Assembly: GCA_963719515.1 (NCBI GenBank)
Contig: CAVRCJ010000007.1
Span: forward strand, 32,001-96,000
DNA length: 64,000 nt
From: an uncultured cyanobacterium
Lineage (GTDB): Bacteria; Cyanobacteriota; Cyanobacteriia; CAKZMO01
Direction: 5' to 3'
Shown: positions 41,162-51,352 of the stretch, piece after piece
Layout: each line of letters starts with the position of its first letter
Position numbering within the stretch: the stretch's first letter is position 1
Program-made: the position numbers and the translations under genes
The notes under the pieces: model-generated
Database searches by the model: none
What the model was told of the DNA's origin: nothing
What the model saw: only the letters and a program-made list of their open reading frames with translations

Positions 41162-42391
41162 TCATCGGGGTACCGTGAGGCCCTGCGGCAGCGGAGCAGT
41201 ATCAGGAAGCTCTTTCCCTTGAATCAGCACCCCAAAGTTTCCCAAGCCCATGGGGTTGATTAGGGCATGGAGGGCATCTCGCCGCTGAATAATGTCGTTA
41301 ATGGAGCGATCGCCATTTTGCGACAGCTCATTGAGGCGATCGCCTAGCCCCAGCGCCATGAGGAACAGTCCCTGCTGCGTGAAGCCAACGGTGCTGAGGC
41401 CGCAGCGCTCTCCCGCCTGCTGCAGCGTCGTGAAGTCGACGTGGGCGGTGATGTCTTGGTGGCCGACGTTGCGGTAGGGGTCGGCATGATGGGCGTGGCG
41501 ATAGTAGCACTGCAGCGTGCCAGGCCGAGTTGGCTGGTAGTAGCGGGCAGCGGTGTGGCCGTAGTCTATGGTGAGCAGGTAGCCCGTTTTGAGGCGAGTT
41601 GAGACAGCGTGAAGCCAGTCTAGGGCCGCCAGGTTGACCTCCGTGGTGTAGCCGTCGGGGTAGTCCTCGAAGCTAATGCTGAGTTGCTCAAAATACTGCT
41701 GGAGAGCGGGGGTGGAGAGGTCGCCCGTCGTTTCAGTAAACTGTTCGGCGCTATCTGCGAGGGTCACGTAAACCTCCTGCAGCTCACCCGCCACTACTCT
41801 GACGCGGTGCACTGGAAAAGCGTCCACAAGCTCGTTAGAAAAGACGCAGCCTACAATAGAATTCTCTGGGATGTCGGACCAGCGGCACCACTGAAGACCA
41901 CTCCAGGAAGATTCATCCACCGCTGCCAGCGCCGCCGCGAGCCGCCGCTGCTGGTCTGCCGCAAGCCGGGGCGATCGCTCGATGACCCGGTAGGCGATCG
42001 CCGCGAAAAAAGAGGGGTGGTTTCGCTTGAGAGCCAGCAGAATATCAGCAGCAAGCAGACCCTGCCCTGCACCCTGCTCTACCAGCGTGAACGGTCGTGG
42101 TTTACCCAACGCGCCCCAAAGCTGAACAAACTGCTCCGCCAGCAGTTCACCAAAATCTGATCCAAAGCTGGAAGAAGTGACGTAGTCGCCCCGCTCACCG
42201 ACGGGAATGCGGCTGGTGTAGTAGCCCTGCTGAGGGTGATAAAGTGCCCACTCCATGTACTCGGCAAAGGAGATGCGGCGCTGGGGCTGCTGAAGAATAT
42301 GGTCTACGATCTGCCTGAGCAATGCCGGGTTGGCATTGTTTGACTCGATGGGGTTGCCTGGGGGGCGGTGAGGAGACTGGGAATATGCCAT
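41162..42391 (-). CDS. SAM-dependent methyltransferase, MidA/NDUFAF7 family
   Basis: ISFAEYMEWALYHPQQGYY, EQGAGQG, SNELVDAFPVH, IDYG, QDITAHVDF. Confidence 0.92.
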   Translation of the reverse strand: MAYSQSPHRPPGNPIESNNANPALLRQIVDHILQQPQRRISFAEYMEWALYHPQQGYYTSRIPVGERGDYVTSSSFGSDFGELLAEQFVQLWGALGKPRPFTLVEQGAGQGLLAADILLALKRNHPSFFAAIAYRVIERSPRLAADQQRRLAAALAAVDESSWSGLQWCRWSDIPENSIVGCVFSNELVDAFPVHRVRVVAGELQEVYVTLADSAEQFTETTGDLSTPALQQYFEQLSISFEDYPDGYTTEVNLAALDWLHAVSTRLKTGYLLTIDYGHTAARYYQPTRPGTLQCYYRHAHHADPYRNVGHQDITAHVDFTTLQQAGERCGLSTVGFTQQGLFLMALGLGDRLNELSQNGDRSINDIIQRRDALHALINPMGLGNFGVLIQGKELPDTAPLPQGLTVPR

Positions 42392-42441
42392 AAAAAATAG
42401 GGCCAACGCTGGCCCCATTGTAAAACTTACGCACAGGCTGC

Positions 42442-42645
42442 CTACAGCGCGCTGCTGCCAAACGAAACGGGACGATTGACGCCGTTGGCGGAAAAGGCTA
42501 CAGCGAATTCAATGTTGGGATGCTGAGCCTGCAGAACGCTACGATAAGATTCGGCGTCGACAGGTCGCCTGAAGCGAGCCCATACTTGCTGAGATTCGGA
42601 CTGCTGCTGGACAACCCAAGGGTTTAGGCGCTCTTGATAACTCAT
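42442..42645 (-). CDS. Small cyanobacterial hypothetical protein
   Basis: MSYQERLNPW...ARFRR..DAE.Y...L; SD-like GAGG upstream. Confidence 0.65.
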   Translation of the reverse strand: MSYQERLNPWVVQQQSESQQVWARFRRPVDAESYRSVLQAQHPNIEFAVAFSANGVNRPVSFGSSAL

Positions 42646-43255
42646 AGATTTAATACCTCACCGTCAGTAATTTTGACACGTAGCTGTGATACAACCTGTA
42701 TCTCAAGGGCTAGCGCTAGAAGAGCTAACGGCCTTGAACAGCGTCAGATTGATTGCATGGAGAGACAGGCCCGCGCACTCCAGGCGGAGCCTTCCGATGA
42801 TAAGAACTGCTTGTAGCGTAAGAGCTTGAACACCCTAGGATCGAAGCCTAATGACCCTCTCAAGGCACGAATAAACCCAAGCAACGATTAAGTTTTTGGT
42901 TCTGATGGGGAACCTGATTAAAAACTTTATGCGGCACGGTAAATAGGATTTACCCAAACATTAGGCAAATGTCTTGTGCCAACACCTGCATCTAGAGCAA
43001 TTATATCTGCTTAGACTCTGCATCTAGAGTTTTTTTGCCAAAAAGCTCAACTTGTATTAAAAGTACACACATAGAAGACCTGGTATGTAGCGTTTTTCCC
43101 GCCCAGGCTTGTTCGATTTTAGCAGGGGTGGAGTTTCCGTGAGCAGACGCTTTTGAGCGGAAAATCAATGCCGTGACTCTAGCGGCGATCGCCCCAGTCC
43201 TAAAGAATGACTCAACTGGCGGGGGCGATCGCTAAACATTAGGGGCGATGTCAAA

Positions 43256-45823
43256 ATGAGACAGAATAATCACCCCGACTGCCTAGTGTCTCGCCCCACC
43301 GTCCGCTCCCCCTGGGTTTATGCCGCTGCCCTCTCCCTTCTCTGGCTATTGAGCCTGGGGATAGACGGCCTGTGGCTGTGGCTAGACCATGCCGTGCCCT
43401 CCTGGGACCCCGCCGACCACCACATCGGGGCGCTCAACTACTGGTGGACGCTGCGGCAGATGCAGGGCACCCCCGAGTGGTGGCAGGGCTTTTGGACGCT
43501 GTCCTCCAAATACCCGCCGCTGCTGTATGTCTCCACCGCGCCGCTGATTGAGCTACTGGGGCGATCGCCCGACGCGGCGGTGCTCGTCAACGCTCTGTAC
43601 ACCCTGGTGTTGCTGGTGGCGGTGTTTCAGCTGGGTCGGCAGTTCTCCCCTGCGGTAGGCCTGTGGGCCGCTAGCCTAGCGCTGCTGCTGCCCCAGCTCT
43701 ATGTCACCCGCACCGAATACTATATGGACTACCCGCTGACGGCGCTGGTGGCCCTGAGCCTACTGGCGCTGACCCGGTGGCGCGACGCTAAATTTGGCGG
43801 GGCGCAGTGGGGCTGGGCGATCGCCTTTGGGGGCTGTCTGGGACTGGCGTTTTTGGCCAAGCAGACGGCGCTGCTGTTTTTGGCCGTGCCGGTGCTGTGG
43901 CTGGGGGCCTCTCGGCTATGGCGACGCCAGTGGGGGCGTTTAGGTCAGCTTGTTTTGAGCGGGGGCATTGCGCTATTGCTGATATGGCCTTGGGCGCGCA
44001 CCAACTGGTTTTTTCAGGTGAGCGCCGCCTTTAGCGCCAACATCCGCTCCGCCGCTATCGAGGGCGATCCGTCGGCTGCTAGCCTGGCCGGGTGGCTCTA
44101 CTACTGGCAGCAGCTCCCCCGGCTAGCGTCGTTTCCGCTACTGCTGCTGGCCGTGGCGGGTCTGGTGCTCGGGGTGGCGAGGCGGCGGGTAGCGCTTCGG
44201 GATCGCCAGGCCCTGGGGTGGCTGGGCCTGTTTCTGGGGGGCAGCTACGTCATTTGGTCGGCGATCGCCAATAAGGATGCCCGCTACATCATGCCGCTGC
44301 TGCCGGTGCTGGGGATTGTTCTAGCCTACGGGCTGACCCAGCTTCCCCGCTGGCTGCGCTGGGGGACGGTAGCGGTGGCGGCGGGGCTGATGCTGGTAAA
44401 TTTGTTTGGCGGCAGTGCGGCGCAGGGGGGGGTATCGCCTTTGACCCCAGGAGCCGCCCACAGCCCCTATCGGGGCGAACCCTATCCCCACGCTGAAGTG
44501 ATTGACGAGATCGTTCAGGCCCAGCCTCACCAGCTGGTAAACCTGGGAGTGCTGCCCTCCACTCCTGAAGTCAATCAGCACAACGTCACCTACTACGGTA
44601 ACCGAGACGACTTTCACGTCTATTCCCGCCGCGCCGGCAAGAGTAGGGGGCACCTAGAGCAGGACGTGGGCGCGTTTGACTGGTTCCTCAGCGTCACCAA
44701 GCCGCAGATCCACTACCACGATGCCAAATCTCGCCGCCGTCAGGCCGAGATGGTGAGGCTCCTGCGGCCTGGGTTCCGGCGGCAGCGAAACTGGACCCTG
44801 CCCGACGGCAGTCAGCTCAACCTATTCCGGCGGCGTCAGCTTCCTGTTGAAGTGCGCCCTTTGCCTGATGGCGACGCTGAGGCTGTGCAGCTGGCGGGGG
44901 TTGAGGTTGCCGGTCAGGCGATCGCAGGCGAGCCGGTGCCCATAACCTATCGGTGGCGAGGACCTTGGCGCGAGCTGCACGACGGCATCGTCATATTGAG
45001 CTGGGAGCAGGACGGGACGCTGGGCTGGCTGCACGACCACAGCATTGGCTTGGGGCGGCTCCATCCCCAGCCTATTCAGGCAAACCAGACGGTGCTCGCC
45101 CCCTCCAATGTCGATCCTGATGAGGCGTTCGAGGTGGTAGAGCATACGGCCATGCTGCCGCCCGATGGGTCTGCAGGGCGCTACCGACTGACCGCGACGT
45201 ACCTCAACCGCTCCACTGGAAAAACTTACAGCCTAGCGACGCCGCCCCAAACCCTAGAGATTGCCGCGCCCGTCGCTGCGGTCGGGCCTGCGGCTGACGC
45301 GGAAACTGAGCCCGAAACCGTCCCGTCTTTAGTTACGCCCCCCGACGCGGGAACTCAGCTGCGGCAGCTCGCCCAAGCCCTCCCCCTCGGCCCCGATGCC
45401 CTAGAGCCCGTCTTCGATCAGCTGGGTCGCCTCAGCCTCTATGACCCCATCCAGCAATATCTCCGGGACGCCGAAGTCAGCTTGTCCTATCGCCTCGCCA
45501 AAGCACCGGACGACCTCACGTTGCTCTATCCCCTGGTGCTAGCCCAGGTGCTGCAGCGGGATGCACCGGGGGCGATCGCCACTCTAAACCGAGTCACCCA
45601 GCTCGATGCCCAAAACCCCTACGCCTACGGCTATCTCGGCTTCGTGCAGCTCTACGCCCTGCGCCCTGCCGCTGCCGAGCGATCGCTGCGGTCTGCCGTG
45701 GCTTTAGCGCCAGAGTCGACCGAGCTGCGATCGCTCCACGCCGTCGCCTCCCTACTGCGGGGTAACCTTTGGGGGGCATGGCGGGAAGGCCGCGGGGTGA
45801 TAAACTCTCAAAACGTTGAGTAG
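43256..45823 (+). CDS. GT-C (ArnT/PMT, GT39-like) glycosyltransferase with C-terminal TPR-like region
   Basis: PSWDPADH, KYPPL, multiple TM helices, NKDARY; helical TPR-like tail. Confidence 0.8.
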   Translation: MRQNNHPDCLVSRPTVRSPWVYAAALSLLWLLSLGIDGLWLWLDHAVPSWDPADHHIGALNYWWTLRQMQGTPEWWQGFWTLSSKYPPLLYVSTAPLIELLGRSPDAAVLVNALYTLVLLVAVFQLGRQFSPAVGLWAASLALLLPQLYVTRTEYYMDYPLTALVALSLLALTRWRDAKFGGAQWGWAIAFGGCLGLAFLAKQTALLFLAVPVLWLGASRLWRRQWGRLGQLVLSGGIALLLIWPWARTNWFFQVSAAFSANIRSAAIEGDPSAASLAGWLYYWQQLPRLASFPLLLLAVAGLVLGVARRRVALRDRQALGWLGLFLGGSYVIWSAIANKDARYIMPLLPVLGIVLAYGLTQLPRWLRWGTVAVAAGLMLVNLFGGSAAQGGVSPLTPGAAHSPYRGEPYPHAEVIDEIVQAQPHQLVNLGVLPSTPEVNQHNVTYYGNRDDFHVYSRRAGKSRGHLEQDVGAFDWFLSVTKPQIHYHDAKSRRRQAEMVRLLRPGFRRQRNWTLPDGSQLNLFRRRQLPVEVRPLPDGDAEAVQLAGVEVAGQAIAGEPVPITYRWRGPWRELHDGIVILSWEQDGTLGWLHDHSIGLGRLHPQPIQANQTVLAPSNVDPDEAFEVVEHTAMLPPDGSAGRYRLTATYLNRSTGKTYSLATPPQTLEIAAPVAAVGPAADAETEPETVPSLVTPPDAGTQLRQLAQALPLGPDALEPVFDQLGRLSLYDPIQQYLRDAEVSLSYRLAKAPDDLTLLYPLVLAQVLQRDAPGAIATLNRVTQLDAQNPYAYGYLGFVQLYALRPAAAERSLRSAVALAPESTELRSLHAVASLLRGNLWGAWREGRGVINSQNVE

Positions 45824-45832
45824 GTGAACGCT

Positions 45833-46342
45833 ATGGTGAATCGCTGGGTAAGGGCTGCGGGAACGGCTGTTTTGGGCGTGGTGCTGGTGGTGGGCTTTTG
45901 GCTCTACGCGCCTCAATTTGCCAATGCCCAGGATAACCAGGTCAACTACACCCTCAGCGACCTAAAGGGGAAAGACTTTTCCTACAAGAATTTGGAAGGG
46001 ACGTCTTTGGCCGGGGCGGAGATTCGAGGGGCGAATTTTGAGGGAACGAACCTGACCGCCACAATTTTGACGAAGGCATCCTTTATCGGGGCGAATCTTG
46101 CAGGCGCTGACTTCACTCAGGCGTTCGCCGACCGCGTCAATTTTGATGAGGCTGATTTGACAAACGCGGTGTTCGCGGGCGCGATGCTGAGCAGCAGCAC
46201 CTTCAATGGCGTCAAGGCAGACGGCGCTGATTTTTCAGATGCAATTTTGGATCGCTATTGGACCAAAGTGCTGTGCGAGATGGCGACGGGGACGAATGCG
46301 ACGACGGGGGTGGCAACGCGGGATAGCCTGGGCTGTCGGTAG
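45833..46342 (+). CDS. Exported/lumenal pentapeptide repeat protein
   Basis: Signal peptide, pentapeptide repeats, C-terminal LC..A.GTN..TGV.TR.SLGC. Confidence 0.88.
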   Translation: MVNRWVRAAGTAVLGVVLVVGFWLYAPQFANAQDNQVNYTLSDLKGKDFSYKNLEGTSLAGAEIRGANFEGTNLTATILTKASFIGANLAGADFTQAFADRVNFDEADLTNAVFAGAMLSSSTFNGVKADGADFSDAILDRYWTKVLCEMATGTNATTGVATRDSLGCR

Positions 46343-46465
46343 TCGATTTACCTGGGATTGCCATAGAACGCCCTTAGACTGTAGCGAGGATAGCTACGGA
46401 CGCTCGCTCCGACCTGCTATTAAACGTAGGTCGATGCTATCCCCGGTAGAGGGATTGGAGTAGGT

Positions 46466-47770
46466 GTGAGGAACGGGAAGCTGCGCTGGTTGGGGTTGGC
46501 CCTGTCTGTGATGTTGGTCTTTGCGGGGGCGACTGCTGTCCGCAGTCAGACCCCAGAACCCTTAGTCTTAGAGCGAACGGGGGAGTTTTGCGCCGACGAT
46601 CCGGCCTGCTTTAACCGCTACCATCCCGAGATTCCGGCTGCGGCAACGGCAGAGCCGGGCCAGACGATCGTACTTGGCACCCGCGATGCGTTTGACGGCG
46701 CGTTTGGGCCAGAGGCGACCCCAGAAGACGTGGTTGCCGCTGATTTGGCCTTGGTCCACCCCCTGACCGGCCCGGTGTTTGTTGAGGGGGCCCAGCGGGG
46801 GGACGTGCTGGCGGTTACTGTCCAAGATATTGAACCCGACCCCTATGGCTACACCGTCATTGCTCCGGGGTTTGGCTTTCTGCGAGACCTGTTCCCCGAT
46901 CCCTACATTGCCAACTGGAGCCTCGATCGCACTGCGGCGGTGTCAGCAGAGATTCCCCAGGTGCAAATTCCCTTTGCCCCCTTTACTGGGTCGATGGGGG
47001 TGCTGCCCGGCGAGCCTGAGCTAGAGACCTTCTTGAGCCGAGAGGCAGAGCTGGCTGAAGTCGGCGGCATTGCCCTGACGCCTCTCCCCACGGGGGCGCT
47101 GCCCGCAGCGCTGTGTGGCCCAGACGGCACCGACAGCGATCGCTGTATCCGCACTATTCCGCCGCGAGAAAACGGCGGCAATATGGACGTGAAGCAGATG
47201 CAGGTGGGGACGACGGTTCTCTTTCCCTGCTTTGTGGACGGCTGTGGCCTATTTATTGGCGATGTGCACTACGCCCAAGGGGACGGCGAAGTGTCGGGCA
47301 CTGCCATTGAGATGGGGGCGACGGTCACGGTATCGACTGAGATTCGGGCTGGGTTGGGCGCACAGATCAAAGCGCCGCAGTTTGAGGGGGGCGATCAGCT
47401 CAAGGCGCTAGCGCCGGAGGCGTTCTATGCCACAACGGGGATTCCGATTAAGCAAGCGGGAGAAATTCCGCCCTACCACACCTATTTGAATAGCGAGGTG
47501 CTGGAGCCCCTGAGTAATCTGTCGGAAGATCTGACGCTGGCGGCCCGAAACGCGCTCATTGACATGGTGGACTACCTGGTGGAAAACCACGGGCTCACCC
47601 GTGAACAGGCCTACGTGGTGTCTAGCGTGGCGGTAGATTTGCGCATTGGCCAGCTCGTGGACGTGCCGAACTATATGGTGTCGGCAATCCTGCCGCTGAC
47701 TATCTTTACGGAGCCCGCATCAGCGGCCTCGCAACCCAACGCAGAGGGGGCGGCCCGTGAAGCGTCGTGA
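46466..47770 (+). CDS. Acetamidase/formamidase family protein with signal peptide
   Basis: HPLTGPV, PPRENGGNMD, GDVHYAQGDGEVSGTAIE, VDVPN. Confidence 0.9.
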   Translation: MRNGKLRWLGLALSVMLVFAGATAVRSQTPEPLVLERTGEFCADDPACFNRYHPEIPAAATAEPGQTIVLGTRDAFDGAFGPEATPEDVVAADLALVHPLTGPVFVEGAQRGDVLAVTVQDIEPDPYGYTVIAPGFGFLRDLFPDPYIANWSLDRTAAVSAEIPQVQIPFAPFTGSMGVLPGEPELETFLSREAELAEVGGIALTPLPTGALPAALCGPDGTDSDRCIRTIPPRENGGNMDVKQMQVGTTVLFPCFVDGCGLFIGDVHYAQGDGEVSGTAIEMGATVTVSTEIRAGLGAQIKAPQFEGGDQLKALAPEAFYATTGIPIKQAGEIPPYHTYLNSEVLEPLSNLSEDLTLAARNALIDMVDYLVENHGLTREQAYVVSSVAVDLRIGQLVDVPNYMVSAILPLTIFTEPASAASQPNAEGAAREAS

Positions 47771-48287
47771 TTGTCTGCGGGGGCTGGGCGCGATCGCGCT
47801 GTCACCGATCGCGCTCTCACCAATTATCGCGCCGCCGCTGGCCCACACCCCATTCCCCCAGTGGAAGGTATACCGCAGGCTACACCTGTTTATTGTGGTC
47901 AACCGGGAGGATGCTGCGGCCTATGACCTTGGGCAGGCGATCGCCCATACCCTGGCCGAAGACCTTCCCGAATCCCGCGCCAGGGTCACCCGCGCCCGCG
48001 ATGCGCTGCGATTGGCCAGCTTGATTAGCACCCATCAGCTTGATGTGGCGCTGATATCCCGCTCGGAGCTGGCGGCCTGGCAGCATAATCAAAGCCCCTA
48101 CGACCAGCTGCAGCCCACACCCCTAAAGGAGCTATTCACGACAGAGGACTATGTCTTGATCTGCCGCGACGACTTTCTGGCGGGCCACGCTGCTGTGGTG
48201 ACAAAGACGCTGCAGTCTCATCTGCGCTCTGGCCCACGATCTGGCCATCATGCTCTAACAAACAATCCGAATCGCCGCCTGGTCTAG
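47757..48287 (+). CDS. Hypothetical exported protein with Tat-like signal
   Basis: MKRRDCLRGLG... twin-arginine leader; overlaps the formamidase stop. Confidence 0.6.
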   Translation: MKRRDCLRGLGAIALSPIALSPIIAPPLAHTPFPQWKVYRRLHLFIVVNREDAAAYDLGQAIAHTLAEDLPESRARVTRARDALRLASLISTHQLDVALISRSELAAWQHNQSPYDQLQPTPLKELFTTEDYVLICRDDFLAGHAAVVTKTLQSHLRSGPRSGHHALTNNPNRRLV

Positions 48288-49235
48288 ATAAGGGATATGC
48301 TGCTGAAGCTGAGCCTGCACTGCTTCAGCGATCGCCTGCCCGTCTTTCACGGAGCATTGCTCAGCCACCACCACATCCGCTTCCACATACAGCCGGTGCC
48401 CCAGCCACCGGGCCCGCACGCGGCCCAAAGACGCTACCCCGTCTACAGGGTCGGCGCTATGGCGGACGGTATCGATCACCTCAGGGTCTACGCCGTCGAG
48501 CAGGCGCGTGAAGATGGTCTGCCCCGATTCCCAAACAATTTTCAGCAACAGGACGGTAATCACCAGGCCAATGAGCGGGTCAAGCCAGGAGTAGCCCAGC
48601 CCAACTCCAACCGCGCTCACTAACACGGCTAAACTCACCAAGCCATCGGCTAAGGCATGCTGTCCATCGGCAATCAGGGCCGCGCTGTTGATTTCGCGTC
48701 CGACTTTCATGCGAAAGAGGGCGACAGTTTCGTTGCCGATGAAGCCAATGATGGCGGCGATGGCGAGCGCGCCTAGATGATAAATCGGCTGAGGGTGGTA
48801 AAAGCGATCGATGGATTCGTAGGCGGTGATGAGGGCGCTCAGCAAAATGATGGCCACCACGGCAACGCCCGCTAGGTCTTCAGCCCGGCCATAGCCATAG
48901 GCAAAGCGCTCTGTCGGCTTGCGTCGCCCCAAGAGGAATGCCACCCCGAGGGGGAGAGCGGTCATGGCGTCGCCGACGTTGTGAATTAAGTCGGCTAGGA
49001 GGGCTACGCTGCCCGACAGCCAGAAGACGATCGCCTGCGCCGTTGCCGTAATGATGAGGCCCACCAGTGACCATTTCACGGCCCAAAGCCCCCGTTCTGA
49101 GGTGGCGATCGCGGGGTCGATGGCTCCGTGGGTGTGGGCTTCATCGTGGTGGTGGTGGGTGTGAGCCTCATCACGATGAGGGTGGGTGTGATGGGCGGTA
49201 GATTGGGTGGGGGCGGGGGGCGTTGTGAGGGCCAT
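48255..49235 (-). CDS. Cation diffusion facilitator (CDF) metal transporter
   Basis: His-rich N-terminus, SVALLADLIHNVGD, ADGQHALAD, C-terminal dimerisation domain. Confidence 0.92.
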   Translation of the reverse strand: MALTTPPAPTQSTAHHTHPHRDEAHTHHHHDEAHTHGAIDPAIATSERGLWAVKWSLVGLIITATAQAIVFWLSGSVALLADLIHNVGDAMTALPLGVAFLLGRRKPTERFAYGYGRAEDLAGVAVVAIILLSALITAYESIDRFYHPQPIYHLGALAIAAIIGFIGNETVALFRMKVGREINSAALIADGQHALADGLVSLAVLVSAVGVGLGYSWLDPLIGLVITVLLLKIVWESGQTIFTRLLDGVDPEVIDTVRHSADPVDGVASLGRVRARWLGHRLYVEADVVVAEQCSVKDGQAIAEAVQAQLQQHIPYLDQAAIRIVC

Positions 49236-49779
49236 GGGCGATAGGAAAGGGAATTTATGATTTGAGGGTAGAAGCAAATATAGCTTTACCCGGTGCGCCA
49301 TAAAAGCTCGTTACAGACTAAATGCTGCTGTGGTGATGGTTTTGGATGAAAGCGAGCCGTTGGATCTCTAGATTCGATTTGCTTGGGTGCTAGCGATTGC
49401 GCTGGGGATTTGAGGGGACGGCAAGAGCTGCACCTGAACTTGTCTGAGTGGTAGCGGATATCGTTGCCACTGGACACTCCGTCCGTCATCTCACTGCTGT
49501 GCTCTATGCTGTCGTTTCGACTCGCAGCTCTCAGAAAGGGTTCTGGGGCAGTAAGCCCCTTGTATCTCAAGTGGTAGATGCTCAAGTAGACAATCTAGAG
49601 TGGCTTTCAAGGTCTTATCATCAATCAAGGCTGGTGTAGGCGATACTGAAGAAGGGGATTGAAGCACGGCTAAAGTCCGATTTTAGGCAGCCTGACTCTA
49701 CCCCCTCTCCTCTCCTTTCTTAATCTCGCTCAGAGTGTTTTGTGGAGTACATGAGTATTATTCACGGCTCAAATTCTCG

Positions 49780-50073
49780 ATAGCTCAGCGGCTAAGGCTT
49801 GATCCCAAGCAACATGATAACCAAAGGTTCCTCAAGCGCTTTCGTGCTATTGAGGTCAACTTGTTGTTCCTGGACGATGAGCCAGTGCCGACCACAAACA
49901 ATAGCAGCGAGCAGGCGCTGCGGTGGAGTGTGGTATTTCGCAAGGTAACCCACCGCTTTCGTTCAGATTGGGGCAGGGATTTATTTGCTCTAGTCTGTTC
50001 CATGATCAACACCGGAAAGCATAACGGTTTATCTGCCTTCGATGCCATATTCCACGCTCTTATCTCTCCTTAA
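49780..50073 (+). pseudogene. IS66-family transposase C-terminal remnant
   Basis: LLFLDD..VPTTNNSSEQALR.SVVFRKVT..FRS.WG. Confidence 0.78.
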
Positions 50074-50180
50074 ATATTGATGTTATCTTTTTCCCTGCTC
50101 ACAGTGACGCTGATCATAGGAAATTAAGCTCTGGCAAGTATAATCTATCTACGCGGATTCACCTAAGCTCAGCGATTGCC

Positions 50181-51278
50181 ATGAAAAAGATTTTGTTTTT
50201 GGCTGCCAATCCTAGTGATACTGCGCATCTCCGGTTGGGTGAGGAGTTCAGAGATATTGAGAATGGTTTCCGTGGGGCGCGTCACCGAGATAATTTTGAA
50301 CTTGTTCACAAACCTGAAGTTCGTGTTAGGGATCTTCAGAAATCGCTGCTGAATGAGTCTCCACAGATTATTCATTTTTCCGGTCATGGGGAAGGAAAAG
50401 AGGGCTTAGTTTTTAAAGATGAGTCAGGTCAGACTAAACTCATTAGTACTGAAGCTTTAGCTGGGCTATTCAAGCTGTTTGCGAACAGCGTTGAATGTGT
50501 CTTGCTGAACGGGTGCTACTCTGAAGCTCAGGCAGAGAGTATCTTTGAGTATATCGATTGTGTGATTGGCATGAGACAAGCGATTAGAAATGGGGCTGCA
50601 ATTGAGTTTGCTGTTTCTTTCTACAATGCTTTGGGAGCGGGAAAGTCCTTTGAGTTTGCTTACCATTTAGCCTGTAATGCTATTCAACTAAGCGCCATAT
50701 CGCCAAGTCAAGAATCAAAGCGCAAATTGATATCGGATGACGCAGCAGATAAAGAATTTCCTGCTGCGTCATCCGGAGAGCATTTGATTCCTAAATTATT
50801 CATACGCACGGATCAAGCGCCAGCTAGCTCTGATGAAACGCCAATTCAAATATTTCTTTCCTCTGCAGAGGAAGACAAAAAATTACGAGAGAAGCTCAAA
50901 GGGCATCTAAAAGTGCTTCAACGTACGCGAAATATTGATGTTAAAGATAGAAGAGATGTTCGCTTTGGCGTCAATCTTAAAGACGAGATCAAACGACTAG
51001 TGGAAGCAGCAAATATTATTCTAATATTAGTCAGCGACAACTATATATTTTCAGACTTTTGCTTTGAATACGAGTTGCCGTTAGTGATGAGCCAGTCAAA
51101 GAATCAAGCCGCTGTTGTAATTCCCATTATTCTTGAGCCCGGAGATTGGGAAGAGTTGCCGTTTGAAGAATTAAGCCCCTTGCCTTCAAATCGCGTACCA
51201 GTCACACTATGGAACAATCAAAATGAAGCATTTAGAGAGATTGTTAAGGGAGTACGTGGAGCTACTATACTCTCTTAG
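50181..51278 (+). CDS. CHAT (caspase-like) + TIR domain protein
   Basis: KKILFLAANP...LRLGEEFR.I, IIHFSGHG (His), LLNGCYS (Cys); C-terminal IFLSSAEED...ILILVSDNY..SDFCFEYEL...VIPIIL. Confidence 0.85.
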   Translation: MKKILFLAANPSDTAHLRLGEEFRDIENGFRGARHRDNFELVHKPEVRVRDLQKSLLNESPQIIHFSGHGEGKEGLVFKDESGQTKLISTEALAGLFKLFANSVECVLLNGCYSEAQAESIFEYIDCVIGMRQAIRNGAAIEFAVSFYNALGAGKSFEFAYHLACNAIQLSAISPSQESKRKLISDDAADKEFPAASSGEHLIPKLFIRTDQAPASSDETPIQIFLSSAEEDKKLREKLKGHLKVLQRTRNIDVKDRRDVRFGVNLKDEIKRLVEAANIILILVSDNYIFSDFCFEYELPLVMSQSKNQAAVVIPIILEPGDWEELPFEELSPLPSNRVPVTLWNNQNEAFREIVKGVRGATILS

Positions 51279-51352
51279 AAAGCAAGTGTAATTCTCTTGT
51301 TAAGAACACCTAATATTAGCTTTAATGCATCTTACCAAAACCCTTAAGGAAA

